DNA from: a virus
Lineage: Duplodnaviria > Heunggongvirae > Uroviricota > Caudoviricetes
IMG/VR virus record: IMGVR_UViG_3300023210_000014
Location: 1-50,796 of that record
Direction: 5' to 3' (one strand)
DNA: 50,796 nt
This document shows, one piece after another, positions 15,731 to 24,601 of the stretch. The translations under genes were made by a program, and so were the position numbers. The notes beneath the pieces were generated by a model, which saw only the letters and a list, made by a program, of their open reading frames with translations, was not told the DNA's origin and ran no database searches. Every line of letters starts with the position of its first letter. The stretch's first letter is position 1.

Positions 15731-15759
15731 TTTACAATTTGGGGCCATTATGATATAAT
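15731..15759 (+). promoter_or_regulatory. early promoter, copy 5
   Basis: TTTACA-N17-TATAAT-GTACTTAAGTTAAAAAAC. Confidence 0.9.
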
Positions 15760-15801
15760 GTACTTAAGTTAAAAAACAAACCTGATCAAGGAGATCAAAC
15801 C

Positions 15802-15966
15802 ATGGCTAAGTTCCAAATCGACAAATCGAATCGCTTCATCTCCCTCTTTGACGTTTCTTCGAACAAGATTCTGAAATCGGTTCCTCTCCCATCGTCCGGT
15901 GATTCAACTATCGCCAAAGCCATTCTCCGCACTTTCGCCAAACGTCAAGGAATTGAGGTAGGATAA
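15802..15966 (+). CDS. small early hypothetical protein (54 aa)
   Basis: AAGGAG RBS; MAKFQIDKSNRFISLFD. Confidence 0.7.
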   Translation: MAKFQIDKSNRFISLFDVSSNKILKSVPLPSSGDSTIAKAILRTFAKRQGIEVG

Positions 15967-16170
15967 TGTTATCACTTACTTTGGCATTGGTCTCTAGAAT
16001 CAATCGAAAATATGTTTTCGGTAATGCTTGGCCAATCATCGCAATTGTTTTTGATATGTTTCTTTTCTGGGAGATTTTAACATGATGGAATTGACAATAG
16101 TTGGGATTTCATTTTTTGGCCTCCTTGGTCGGAAGGTAATTGTTGACATATTCTTCACTGGAGATAGAAA

Positions 16171-16458
16171 ATGAAAATCAATACACTCGAAGGAATCTGT
16201 AATGCTTGTGGAAAAGAAATTGTTGGAATCGAAATAGCAGGTAAAGAACATTGGCATCACAAGGACGGTAAACTTTATCGTCACATCATTATTCCTCGGG
16301 ATGAAAAATACTATCAACGGTCTGATTTTGAAGAGATGAGAGACGACAGAGATAAGTGGATTGGTGAATGCACCCGATTACAGGGAGAAATCAATCGACT
16401 TAAAAAAGAAAATAGTGACTTAGGTTGGGCAGTTAATCCAGAAAGAATGGGGCGATAA
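16171..16458 (+). CDS. hypothetical protein
   Basis: GGAG RBS; CxxC and coiled-coil tail. Confidence 0.65.
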   Translation: MKINTLEGICNACGKEIVGIEIAGKEHWHHKDGKLYRHIIIPRDEKYYQRSDFEEMRDDRDKWIGECTRLQGEINRLKKENSDLGWAVNPERMGR

Positions 16459-16459
16459 A

Positions 16460-16840
16460 ATGTTTAAATTCGAAATTGGCCAAGTTGTTTATATTCAAGA
16501 TGGCGATAAAATCAAAAGAGGAAAAATTATTGGGCGAATGCTCAAAGAATGTCCCCATGCATCACCTCAAATAAGTATGCACCTTGCAAATATTCATGAG
16601 GTCGGAAATAAGCTTGGGATTTCGAAACATTCTTATGAAATTCAATATGATGAGAATTATTCGACAACACAACCACCTGAAAATATTTTTACAACTTGGG
16701 AGGAATTCCAAACAAAATATCACAGTGAATTTTCTAAGGTTACTGGTCCTGAATATGTAACGTTAAATTGCCCATGTGGTCGAAGGGTCATTATGACTTC
16801 GGGCCATGCATTCTGTGGTCGATGTCAGAAGGGATTATAA
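16460..16840 (+). CDS. SH3-like/zinc-ribbon hypothetical protein
   Basis: MFKFEIGQVVY start; C-terminal CPCG...CGRC. Confidence 0.65.
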   Translation: MFKFEIGQVVYIQDGDKIKRGKIIGRMLKECPHASPQISMHLANIHEVGNKLGISKHSYEIQYDENYSTTQPPENIFTTWEEFQTKYHSEFSKVTGPEYVTLNCPCGRRVIMTSGHAFCGRCQKGL

Positions 16841-16841
16841 A

Positions 16842-17045
16842 ATGATAGGCCAAAGAGTTTTTATTACACCTCATTCCCAAAAGGGTCACAATCGATGTCT
16901 GGAACATGGACAGATTTGGGTAATTCGAAAAGTTTGGGGTGCTAAAGTTTTAGTTGAAGCTCCAGCGACTGGTGGTTTACGTTGGATTGAAGGACCAGAT
17001 GATTGCGATTTCGCTTATGAAATACTTTATGAAGGAGAAAAATAA
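16842..17045 (+). CDS. hypothetical protein
   Basis: Coupled ORF. Confidence 0.6.
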   Translation: MIGQRVFITPHSQKGHNRCLEHGQIWVIRKVWGAKVLVEAPATGGLRWIEGPDDCDFAYEILYEGEK

Positions 17046-18184
17046 TGCAGTTCGAAACATTCTATTGCACAAAGATTTTTGCAAAAGCATCAACAGGAAA
17101 ACCAAAAGAATGGCAAGTATCTGTTGTGGATAATGGTGATGAAACATGCACGCTTATTCGTACCCATGGATACATTGGTCAAAAAATTCAAAAACTAAAA
17201 AAAGTTATCCGCAAGGGTAAGAATATTGGTCGTTCAAATGAGACCACATATTGGACTCAAGCAATTGCCGATGCAAAATCACTTCATCAACGACAAGTTG
17301 ATCGTGGCTATGTAACCAATCTTGCTGATTGGGTAGTTCCTGAATTTCCAATGCTTGCAAATAAATTTACTGAACGCAAGAAACATTTGAACTGGCCAAT
17401 CTATGGCCAAAAGAAATTGGACGGGGTTCGATGCTTTGCCAAGAGGGTTTCCGAAACTGAAATGACTTATATGTCAAGGTCGGGGAAATTCTATCATACT
17501 TTGGATCACCTTACCCCTTTGTTTTTGGAATCAATTGAAGTTGGCGATATTGTAGACGGAGAAGTCTACATTCACGGAGAAACTTTCCAAGAGATTATTC
17601 GGCGAGTGAAAAAACTTCGTCCTGAATCCATTACTCTCCAATTCAATTCTTATGATTTCCTTCCTGTCAACGATAGGGAAATGGATCAAATGACAAGGCT
17701 TGCAACTCTGGAAAGTATCTTTGGAAAAACAGGAGAAGAAAAATATCCTGAAATCTTGGTTACTGAAACAGTGATTTTGGAATCTGAAAAACAACTTCAA
17801 GAATACCACGACAAATATGTTATGGAAGGCTTTGAGGGAATCATGCTAAGGAATTTTCACGGTAAGTATCTGTTTAGTGATGGAAAAGGTCCACGCTCAA
17901 ATGATCTTCAAAAGTACAAGGAATTTATTGATGATGAATTCGAAATCGTAGGAGCAGTTGAAGCTGATGAAGGCATGCATAAAGGATGCGTAAAGTTCAT
18001 TTGCGATGCTCGTAACGGTGAAACATTCACCTCATATCCAAAGGGAACCCTCGAGGAACGCAGACAGATGTTTATTGACCGGGAAAAATATATCGGAAAA
18101 GAACTGACTGTTCGCTACCAAGCAACCAGTGAAAATGGAACTCCAACCTTCAATGTAGGAATTGCGGTTAGAGATTATGAGTAG
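17045..18184 (+). CDS. lig: ATP-dependent DNA ligase
   Basis: KKLDGVRC (motif I), DGEVY, YD, EGIMLR, LQKYK and OB-fold ELTVRYQ. Confidence 0.93.
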   Translation: MQFETFYCTKIFAKASTGKPKEWQVSVVDNGDETCTLIRTHGYIGQKIQKLKKVIRKGKNIGRSNETTYWTQAIADAKSLHQRQVDRGYVTNLADWVVPEFPMLANKFTERKKHLNWPIYGQKKLDGVRCFAKRVSETEMTYMSRSGKFYHTLDHLTPLFLESIEVGDIVDGEVYIHGETFQEIIRRVKKLRPESITLQFNSYDFLPVNDREMDQMTRLATLESIFGKTGEEKYPEILVTETVILESEKQLQEYHDKYVMEGFEGIMLRNFHGKYLFSDGKGPRSNDLQKYKEFIDDEFEIVGAVEADEGMHKGCVKFICDARNGETFTSYPKGTLEERRQMFIDREKYIGKELTVRYQATSENGTPTFNVGIAVRDYE

Positions 18185-18341
18185 CATTATTGGTTTACTT
18201 TATTTTGGAGGATTGGCAATTGTATCTGGAGTTATTCTTTTGATTCTAGAAATCAAAGAAAACAATTGGAATTCCAATTACAAATATACTGTAGAGAAAA
18301 TATCGAAGAAGCATTATGAGGATAACGATATTTATTCATGA
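18177..18341 (+). CDS. small membrane protein (54 aa)
   Basis: ATGA overlap; N-terminal hydrophobic helix. Confidence 0.5.
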   Translation: MSSIIGLLYFGGLAIVSGVILLILEIKENNWNSNYKYTVEKISKKHYEDNDIYS

Positions 18342-18349
18342 GGTAAAAC

Positions 18350-18673
18350 ATGAAAAGATATCTGATACTTGCTCTATTGATTTTAGGAGGGTGCACAACT
18401 CCCCCACATCCATGCGACGATTACAGCGGGCCCCCACCCAAAGTAATGGCCACATGGACTGCACCCTCCGAACAGGTTGCTTATTACATTTTAGAACTTT
18501 CAACTAATGGACAATCATATATTGAAATAGCAACAATTGAAGAAGAATTCTACCGTTTTAAAGGGGAAGTAGAATTCTGTGAAACATATAAATGTCGAGT
18601 GATAGCAGTTGGTTTGAATGGACAAAAAAGTGATCCATCTAGACCCTCACTACGATATGACCCAATTCCTTAA
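18350..18673 (+). CDS. lipoprotein with fibronectin type III-like domain
   Basis: Lipobox LGGC; TWTAP...YYILE...Y..RVIAVG..G..S.PS pattern. Confidence 0.7.
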   Translation: MKRYLILALLILGGCTTPPHPCDDYSGPPPKVMATWTAPSEQVAYYILELSTNGQSYIEIATIEEEFYRFKGEVEFCETYKCRVIAVGLNGQKSDPSRPSLRYDPIP

Positions 18674-18683
18674 GGAGAATTAA

Positions 18684-19037
18684 ATGAAGAAAATTTTAAT
18701 TACACTGATACTGGTTTTTATGGCATCAACAGCTATGTCGGCAACTGTGCCAGAAGTAACTTATGTGTGGACTGCACCAACAACTGGATCTGCAGTTGAT
18801 CATTATGTTGTTCAATTGAAGGTTGGAGAATTGGATTGGATTCAATTTGAAGGTACTGAATTGGTTGGATATACATTTGAAAATCTATTCGAATATGATC
18901 AAACTTATATTGTAAGGGTTGCAGGTGTAGATGTCCAATCTAGGCAGGGATTGTGGTCAGATCAATCAATTCCATATACTCCAGATGCAGGAGCACCCGG
19001 AATTCCAGGGGCCCCAATATTCATAGATGTCCCATAG
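18684..19037 (+). CDS. secreted fibronectin type III-like protein
   Basis: Signal peptide ending AMSA; VWTAP...HYVVQ...YIVRVAGVD...G.WS. Confidence 0.7.
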   Translation: MKKILITLILVFMASTAMSATVPEVTYVWTAPTTGSAVDHYVVQLKVGELDWIQFEGTELVGYTFENLFEYDQTYIVRVAGVDVQSRQGLWSDQSIPYTPDAGAPGIPGAPIFIDVP

Positions 19038-19061
19038 AAACATCATTTAACAATCAATTAG

Positions 19062-19090
19062 GAGTGTACCTCAGGGTACACTCTTTTTTT
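19062..19090 (+). terminator. intrinsic terminator containing GTGTACC-TCAG-GGTACAC
   Basis: 9-bp stem followed by T7. Confidence 0.7.
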
Positions 19091-19110
19091 ATCTTTTTTC
19101 TTGGTTTTTG

Positions 19111-19139
19111 TTTACATTTCGATTGGAATTTGGTATAAT
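19111..19139 (+). promoter_or_regulatory. early promoter, copy 6
   Basis: TTTACA-N17-TATAAT-GTACTTAGGTTAAAAAAC. Confidence 0.9.
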
Positions 19140-19178
19140 GTACTTAGGTTAAAAAACTAACACGATCTAGGAGATCCG

Positions 19179-19493
19179 ATGACTTACGTTAACAAATTCG
19201 AAGATGCTAATTGGATCCGGGAAAATGCCTCACAGGATGAAACCGGAGCTTGGTTCTGGCATTCCAATGAGAATTATCTTTTCAATGATTGCCTTGAAAA
19301 AGCAGGAATCGATTTTGATTCTGAAGCACAGGATTCCGCAAGGTCAAAGGCCAATGAAAAATTCATTTCTGAATATCGTGAATTCATGGAAACCTATGAA
19401 TATTCGGATGAAGAAAAAGCCGGTATGCGCGCAGCTTTTGGAGAAGGCGCAGAAGTAGTTAATATTGTAACAGGAAAAAAGATTCAATTATAA
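19179..19493 (+). CDS. early hypothetical protein
   Basis: AGGAG RBS after promoter. Confidence 0.75.
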   Translation: MTYVNKFEDANWIRENASQDETGAWFWHSNENYLFNDCLEKAGIDFDSEAQDSARSKANEKFISEYREFMETYEYSDEEKAGMRAAFGEGAEVVNIVTGKKIQL

Positions 19494-19505
19494 TTGGGTT
19501 TTTTG

Positions 19506-19534
19506 TTTACAATTATGCCTAGATTTGGTATAAT
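19506..19534 (+). promoter_or_regulatory. early promoter, copy 7
   Basis: TTTACA-N17-TATAAT-GTACTTAGGTTAAAAAA. Confidence 0.9.
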
Positions 19535-19575
19535 GTACTTAGGTTAAAAAATCACTCTGTCTTAGGAGACAAACG

Positions 19576-19968
19576 ATGAACAAGAACGAAGCAAATACTA
19601 TCCTCGCCGCAGTCAACGAATTGATGGCTGAAAATTTCCCAAACTTCGAATGCAAAATGAGCGTCCGACGTTACGTTGAAACTGGTCAAGTCTCTTTCAA
19701 AATGGAAATGACTGATGAGAGTGTTTCTGAAACTATGGCAAACCATGAAACTGAAATTGGAATGGCCAAGAATCGTTGTCACCCAAAAACTTTGGGTTTT
19801 GAATTCTCTACCGACAGAGGTCGCTTCATTGTTGAAAGTGTAAAATCTCGGAAATGTAAAATGCCGGTTTTGGCACGATGTGACGATGGAAAACTCTATA
19901 AATTTCCCTCCCAATATATCACTGACCGCATCAACCGTGATGCACACCTCGCAGCTTTGAAAGGATAA
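19576..19968 (+). CDS. early hypothetical protein
   Basis: AGGAG RBS after promoter. Confidence 0.75.
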   Translation: MNKNEANTILAAVNELMAENFPNFECKMSVRRYVETGQVSFKMEMTDESVSETMANHETEIGMAKNRCHPKTLGFEFSTDRGRFIVESVKSRKCKMPVLARCDDGKLYKFPSQYITDRINRDAHLAALKG

Positions 19969-19972
19969 GAAA

Positions 19973-20152
19973 ATGAAGCAGCGTAAAACTGATGATGAAA
20001 TCAATGAACAACTCAATCGCGAAATGATCCGGAAAGCGCGCCGTAAGGCACAAATTGAACATGGTGGAAATACTCCCACGGGAACACAGCCACACAAAAA
20101 CAAAAAAGCTTACAATCGTAAACCAAAACATAAGGTGAGTTATGCCATTTAA
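19973..20152 (+). CDS. small basic protein (59 aa)
   Basis: KKAYNRKPKHK C-terminal motif. Confidence 0.6.
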   Translation: MKQRKTDDEINEQLNREMIRKARRKAQIEHGGNTPTGTQPHKNKKAYNRKPKHKVSYAI

Positions 20153-20438
20153 TCAACAAATGATGATCGATGCTGCTGAATCACATCGAATGGATGCAGT
20201 GATTGCATTAGAAAAACACCTTGGAAAATATTCTGAGGTTCCACCACGATTCAACGTAAAAATACAAGAAGAATTTGATGTGGTTTCCCCACGTCGACCC
20301 GGATTGGTTTCAGAGGGAAATATTCATTTTTTCCTTGATTCAATTGAGTATGCTGGAAAATATGAAATTCACGCTCCCATGCACTCAGGTGCAGATGATT
20401 TCCATTATGTAACGGTTGTTGAAAGGTTCTACCAGTGA
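20142..20438 (+). CDS. hypothetical protein
   Basis: AAGGTGAG RBS. Confidence 0.65.
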   Translation: MPFNQQMMIDAAESHRMDAVIALEKHLGKYSEVPPRFNVKIQEEFDVVSPRRPGLVSEGNIHFFLDSIEYAGKYEIHAPMHSGADDFHYVTVVERFYQ

Positions 20439-20839
20439 AATACGCATTTGACTTTCATGGAGTAGCTCAGAAATATCCAAGCCTCTTTAAACCCATGATG
20501 GCAGATTTGCTCAAGGGTGGGAATAAGGTTTCAATTCTTTCCGGTCCTAAAAAAGAACAAATTGAATGGGAACTCGAACAAGCTGGCTATGAAAGAGACG
20601 TGCATTACAATCACATTCTTTCAATTGTTGATTGGCTCCACCACCAGATTGATTATCGAGATGCAAAGTTTGAATTGACAAAAGACGAAAAGGGAATGTG
20701 GTGGACAGACGATGATACATGGTGGAGCTCAAAATCCAAAATCTGTCATGAGTTTGGAATTGAAGTTATGTATGACGATCAATTGAAATACTCCGAGTAT
20801 ATCATTGATGAACGTCCACTATTCTTACACGTGAAATAG
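20435..20839 (+). CDS. HAD-superfamily-like protein
   Basis: AFDFHGV (DxxGV), ILSG, MYDD motifs. Confidence 0.6.
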   Translation: MKYAFDFHGVAQKYPSLFKPMMADLLKGGNKVSILSGPKKEQIEWELEQAGYERDVHYNHILSIVDWLHHQIDYRDAKFELTKDEKGMWWTDDDTWWSSKSKICHEFGIEVMYDDQLKYSEYIIDERPLFLHVK

Positions 20840-20848
20840 GAGAATCAA

Positions 20849-21211
20849 ATGAAGGTTTATTATAAAATTAGAGATAAAAGTAATGGTCTTTTTAGCCAAG
20901 GCGGATCCTATGGTTGGACTAAAAAAGGTAAGGTTTGGAAAGAGGTTGGGCATCTCAGAAATCATTTAAATCATTCAGGCGACCGATATGATCGATTGGA
21001 TGTGGAATTAGTTGAATATGAAGTTACTGAACGTGAAGTTTCAAGTAGTAATTTCCATGAATTCATCGAAGAAACCAACCGACGAAAAGCAATAAAAGAG
21101 AAAGAAAGAGACATAGCCAGTGCACATTGGGCCCTAGAAAGCGCTAAACGACGTGCTAAAGAGGCCTTAGCTAACCTTGAAAAGTTGCAAAATAAAGCAA
21201 ATAAATCCTAG
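20849..21211 (+). CDS. hypothetical protein
   Basis: AGGAG RBS; YKIRDK...GG...KKGKVW family-like N-terminus. Confidence 0.7.
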   Translation: MKVYYKIRDKSNGLFSQGGSYGWTKKGKVWKEVGHLRNHLNHSGDRYDRLDVELVEYEVTEREVSSSNFHEFIEETNRRKAIKEKERDIASAHWALESAKRRAKEALANLEKLQNKANKS

Positions 21212-21217
21212 TTTTTG

Positions 21218-21246
21218 TTTACATTTCAATTAGAATTTGGTATAAT
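21218..21246 (+). promoter_or_regulatory. early promoter, copy 8
   Basis: TTTACA-N17-TATAAT-GTACTTGAGTTAAAAAAC. Confidence 0.9.
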
Positions 21247-21286
21247 GTACTTGAGTTAAAAAACAACACCTTCTAAGGAGACCAGA

Positions 21287-22699
21287 ATGAGAACAAACCC
21301 CCTCCTGAATACGGACAGCTACAAAGTTGGTATGTTCAAACAATATCCCGCCAAAACAGAATTCGTCAGCTCATATATTGAATCCCGAGGTGGAAAATGG
21401 AATCAAACCGTTTTCTTTGGAATGCAAATGTTCATTGACGAATATATGATGACTCCATTTACTCAAGCTGATATTGAAGAAGCTGATGAGATGTGGACTG
21501 CTCATGGAGAGCCTTTCAATCGAGAAGGTTTTCAATATATCCTCGACGTCCACAAAGGATTCTTCCCTGTAAAAATTGAAGCACTAGATGAAGGAACTAT
21601 TCTTCCTACCCGGAATGCCATGGTTCAGATTCAGAATTTAGATCCTAAGGTTCCTTGGGTTACGACTTGGATTGAAACTGCATTGCTTCGAGCAATTTGG
21701 TATCCAACCACTGTAGCTACAAATTCCTACATGTGCAAGAAAAAAATTCACGCTGGACTGGTTCGCACAGGTTCTCCAGAACAAATCGGATTCAAGCTTC
21801 ATGATTTTGGAGCACGTGGAGTTTCCTCACAGGAATCTGCAATGATCGGTGGAGCAGCTCACTTGGTTAATTTCATGGGAACTGACACCATGGCTGGAGT
21901 CCGAATGATCCGGGAATATTATGACGAAGCAATAGCAGGATTTTCAATTCCTGCAAGTGAACATTCTACAATTACAACTTGGGGTGGACCTGAATTTGAA
22001 ATTGAAGCTTTTGAAAATATGCTCGATCAATTTGGTGGGGAAGGAAAAATCGTAGCTTGCGTTTCCGATTCATACAACATCTGGGAATCAGTAGAGAAAT
22101 GGAAATCTCTTGAACCTAAAATTCTCGAAAAGAAAATGACCTTGGTGGTTCGTCCTGATTCCGGAGATCCGCTAACCGTTCCAGTTAGATTAATTCAAAA
22201 ATTAATGAAGGCATTTGGATACACAACTAATTCAATGGGCTTCAAGGTTCTGCCAGATCACATTCGAGTTATTCAAGGTGACGGAATCACGCACGATTCA
22301 ATTGGAGTAATCATTGCTAACATGTTATCATATGGATTGAGTCTTGACAACATTGCATTTGGAATGGGTGGAGGAATGTTACAACAACTTAATAGGGACA
22401 CACTCCGATTTGCAATGAAGGCTTCTGCAATCAAAGTCAATGGAGAATGGAGAGACGTTTACAAGGACCCAGTTGATGATCACGGTAAGGGCTCCAAACG
22501 AGGAGTTCAACAAACTCGCAAAACAGATTTTGGAACTTGGGAAACAACTAGAGTAAAAGATCCTGATAATGTTACTGATTCAACTTCTGCACCTTATGGA
22601 AATAAACTGAAGATTAGGTATCTGAATGGTCAAACATTCAATCGGACAACCTTCACTGAAATCAGGGAACGTGCAAACGAAGGATTTGAAAATGGATAG
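21287..22699 (+). CDS. nadV: nicotinamide phosphoribosyltransferase (Nampt)
   Basis: TDSYK, LHDFGARG, PASEHS, VSDSY, VRPDSGDP, IQGDG, FGMGG motifs. Confidence 0.95.
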   Translation: MRTNPLLNTDSYKVGMFKQYPAKTEFVSSYIESRGGKWNQTVFFGMQMFIDEYMMTPFTQADIEEADEMWTAHGEPFNREGFQYILDVHKGFFPVKIEALDEGTILPTRNAMVQIQNLDPKVPWVTTWIETALLRAIWYPTTVATNSYMCKKKIHAGLVRTGSPEQIGFKLHDFGARGVSSQESAMIGGAAHLVNFMGTDTMAGVRMIREYYDEAIAGFSIPASEHSTITTWGGPEFEIEAFENMLDQFGGEGKIVACVSDSYNIWESVEKWKSLEPKILEKKMTLVVRPDSGDPLTVPVRLIQKLMKAFGYTTNSMGFKVLPDHIRVIQGDGITHDSIGVIIANMLSYGLSLDNIAFGMGGGMLQQLNRDTLRFAMKASAIKVNGEWRDVYKDPVDDHGKGSKRGVQQTRKTDFGTWETTRVKDPDNVTDSTSAPYGNKLKIRYLNGQTFNRTTFTEIRERANEGFENG

Positions 22700-23255
22700 A
22701 CCAATTGGCGTATTCGTTGGACGGTGTCAACCTCTCCATAATGGACACAGGGAAATCATCAACCGAATGATTGAAGATTGCGGGATTGAAAACTCAATAG
22801 TAATTTTAGGATCAATGAATGCGCCCAACACTGCTCACAATCCATTTAGTTTTGATCAAAGACGAGCAATGATAAAGAAAGTTTGGCCCCATCTGGTTGT
22901 TACTGGAGTTGAAGATTATCCAACTGATGAGGAATGGATTAAGGTTTTAGGAATGTGTTTGAACTTTGTCTTCGTAGATGAAGATTGGGATGAGTTTACG
23001 GGTTATCATTTGTACTGTGGTGACGATTCATACGTTGGAAAGTTATTCAAAAGAATAGGTAAAGTTAAAGAAGTTTTGAATCGTGATGATCTTGATATTT
23101 CGGGAACAGAGGTTAGATTGGAATTATTGCAACCTAGAAAATTACCATTCTTATTGCAAATGGTTCCAGCTCAAATTCACGAAGGCTTACAGGAAATGTT
23201 TGATGAACAATTGAATGAAAGACTCAATCGAGAATTAAGAGGAGAGATGATTTAA
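22692..23255 (+). CDS. NMN adenylyltransferase (cytidylyltransferase superfamily)
   Basis: GVFVGRCQPLHNGH (HxGH), NPFSFDQR, ISGTEVR. Confidence 0.85.
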   Translation: MDRPIGVFVGRCQPLHNGHREIINRMIEDCGIENSIVILGSMNAPNTAHNPFSFDQRRAMIKKVWPHLVVTGVEDYPTDEEWIKVLGMCLNFVFVDEDWDEFTGYHLYCGDDSYVGKLFKRIGKVKEVLNRDDLDISGTEVRLELLQPRKLPFLLQMVPAQIHEGLQEMFDEQLNERLNRELRGEMI

Positions 23256-23256
23256 A

Positions 23257-23493
23257 ATGCAGTACCTACTAACTGAAGAAGAATATGAAGAATTAAAGGA
23301 CAAGAAAAACACTGGACCAATTCGAAGTGCCATGAGTGTTCTTTGTTTCAAATATTTGAGAGATATGGGATTGGAATCCTGTGTTTATATGGGACCGACA
23401 GATCGAACAAATTGTAATCGTTGCCCCATTCGAGGTGCATGTGTTATGGATAAGAAATTTTCAGATCCAAAAAAAGAGGTTAGAAATGGATAA
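23257..23493 (+). CDS. small Cys-rich hypothetical protein
   Basis: MQYLLTEEEY start; C...CNRCP...C. Confidence 0.65.
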   Translation: MQYLLTEEEYEELKDKKNTGPIRSAMSVLCFKYLRDMGLESCVYMGPTDRTNCNRCPIRGACVMDKKFSDPKKEVRNG

Positions 23494-24043
23494 GATTGTA
23501 TATGAAGGCCAATGGTTAAATTGTCTAATGAGTCCGAATGGTTGGGAATATGTTTCTCGAAAACCATTTGCAACTTACAAAGATGGGAACACAAAGCCAG
23601 ATGCTGTGGTTATTGTCCCAATGAAAATTGGCCAGTTTGGTGAAAATGAATTGGTGATGATAAAAGAATATCGGAGTCCGATTGGAGATTTCACTTATGG
23701 ATTTCCAGCAGGATTAATTGACCACGATGAAACAGCTGAAGAAGCTGCAATCAGGGAATTGAAAGAGGAAACTGGATTAACGGTTAAAAATGTTTTTGGG
23801 ATTACCCCTCCAATATTTTCCTCTGAAGGTCTAACTGATGAGTGCGTCTCAATTGTGTATGTCACAGTTGAAGGTGAAGTCTCAACTAAATTCCAAGAGG
23901 AAAATGAGGATATTAAAACACTTGTTCTAAATGAGACTGGTGTTCAAAAACTTCTGTCAAATCCAGACCTAAAATTCAGCAAAATTGCCTGGATGGCAGC
24001 AACAGTTTTTGCAAATACAGGGTCCCTCGACAGCCTATCCTAG
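23486..24043 (+). CDS. Nudix hydrolase (ADP-ribose pyrophosphatase-like)
   Basis: FPAGLID...EEAAIRELKEETG Nudix box; EYRSPIG; SEGLTDE. Confidence 0.9.
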   Translation: MDKIVYEGQWLNCLMSPNGWEYVSRKPFATYKDGNTKPDAVVIVPMKIGQFGENELVMIKEYRSPIGDFTYGFPAGLIDHDETAEEAAIRELKEETGLTVKNVFGITPPIFSSEGLTDECVSIVYVTVEGEVSTKFQEENEDIKTLVLNETGVQKLLSNPDLKFSKIAWMAATVFANTGSLDSLS

Positions 24044-24153
24044 CACGCTCGCTAAGCGATCTAATCTATTTGCTCATATCATAGGATGTAGGCTCAGATT
24101 AGATCGCTTAGACGGACAGCCAGGCACTCCAATATGTGTACCTCAGGGTACAC
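24041..24153. repeat. intergenic palindromic element, copy C
   Basis: Perfect 16-bp inverted repeat 24052-24067/24096-24111, TAGCACGCTC box, GTGTACC-TCAG-GGTACAC. Confidence 0.75.
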
Positions 24154-24192
24154 TATTTTTGTGATCTTTTTTCGATTAATTTTTAGATTTTG

Positions 24193-24221
24193 TTTACAAT
24201 TAGGCCCAACTATGATATAAT
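24193..24221 (+). promoter_or_regulatory. early promoter, copy 9
   Basis: TTTACA-N17-TATAAT; about 54 bp identical to copy 11. Confidence 0.9.
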
Positions 24222-24261
24222 GTACTTAAGTTAAAAAACAAACTCGATTCAGGAGGCCAAA

Positions 24262-24516
24262 ATGGCTCGCAAACTTACAACCGCAAACGATTTTCTTAGG
24301 GAAATTAACCGCATCGAACGCATGCTCCTCGATCCTGAAAGGGCCCGGAATCAGGCCTTGATCGCAAAATGGGATGCAGAAGATGCTGCTAACCGCCTCG
24401 AAAATCATGCAACTGGTAAGAAAATTAACGATGAGCCTGCACCTGTTAAACCAAAAACACTCCAAGAAATCTTGGCCTCAGCCGCTAAAATGGGCAAAAA
24501 AGATTTAAAAAAGTAA
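24262..24516 (+). CDS. early hypothetical protein
   Basis: AGGAGG RBS after promoter. Confidence 0.75.
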   Translation: MARKLTTANDFLREINRIERMLLDPERARNQALIAKWDAEDAANRLENHATGKKINDEPAPVKPKTLQEILASAAKMGKKDLKK

Positions 24517-24526
24517 TTGGTTTTTG

Positions 24527-24555
24527 TTTACATTTGTCACCGACTATGATATAAT
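24527..24555 (+). promoter_or_regulatory. early promoter, copy 10
   Basis: TTTACA-N17-TATAAT-GTACTTAAGTTAAAAAAG. Confidence 0.9.
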
Positions 24556-24601
24556 GTACTTAAGTTAAAAAAGAAGAGAACATTTCCAAAGGGGAAATCA
24601 G

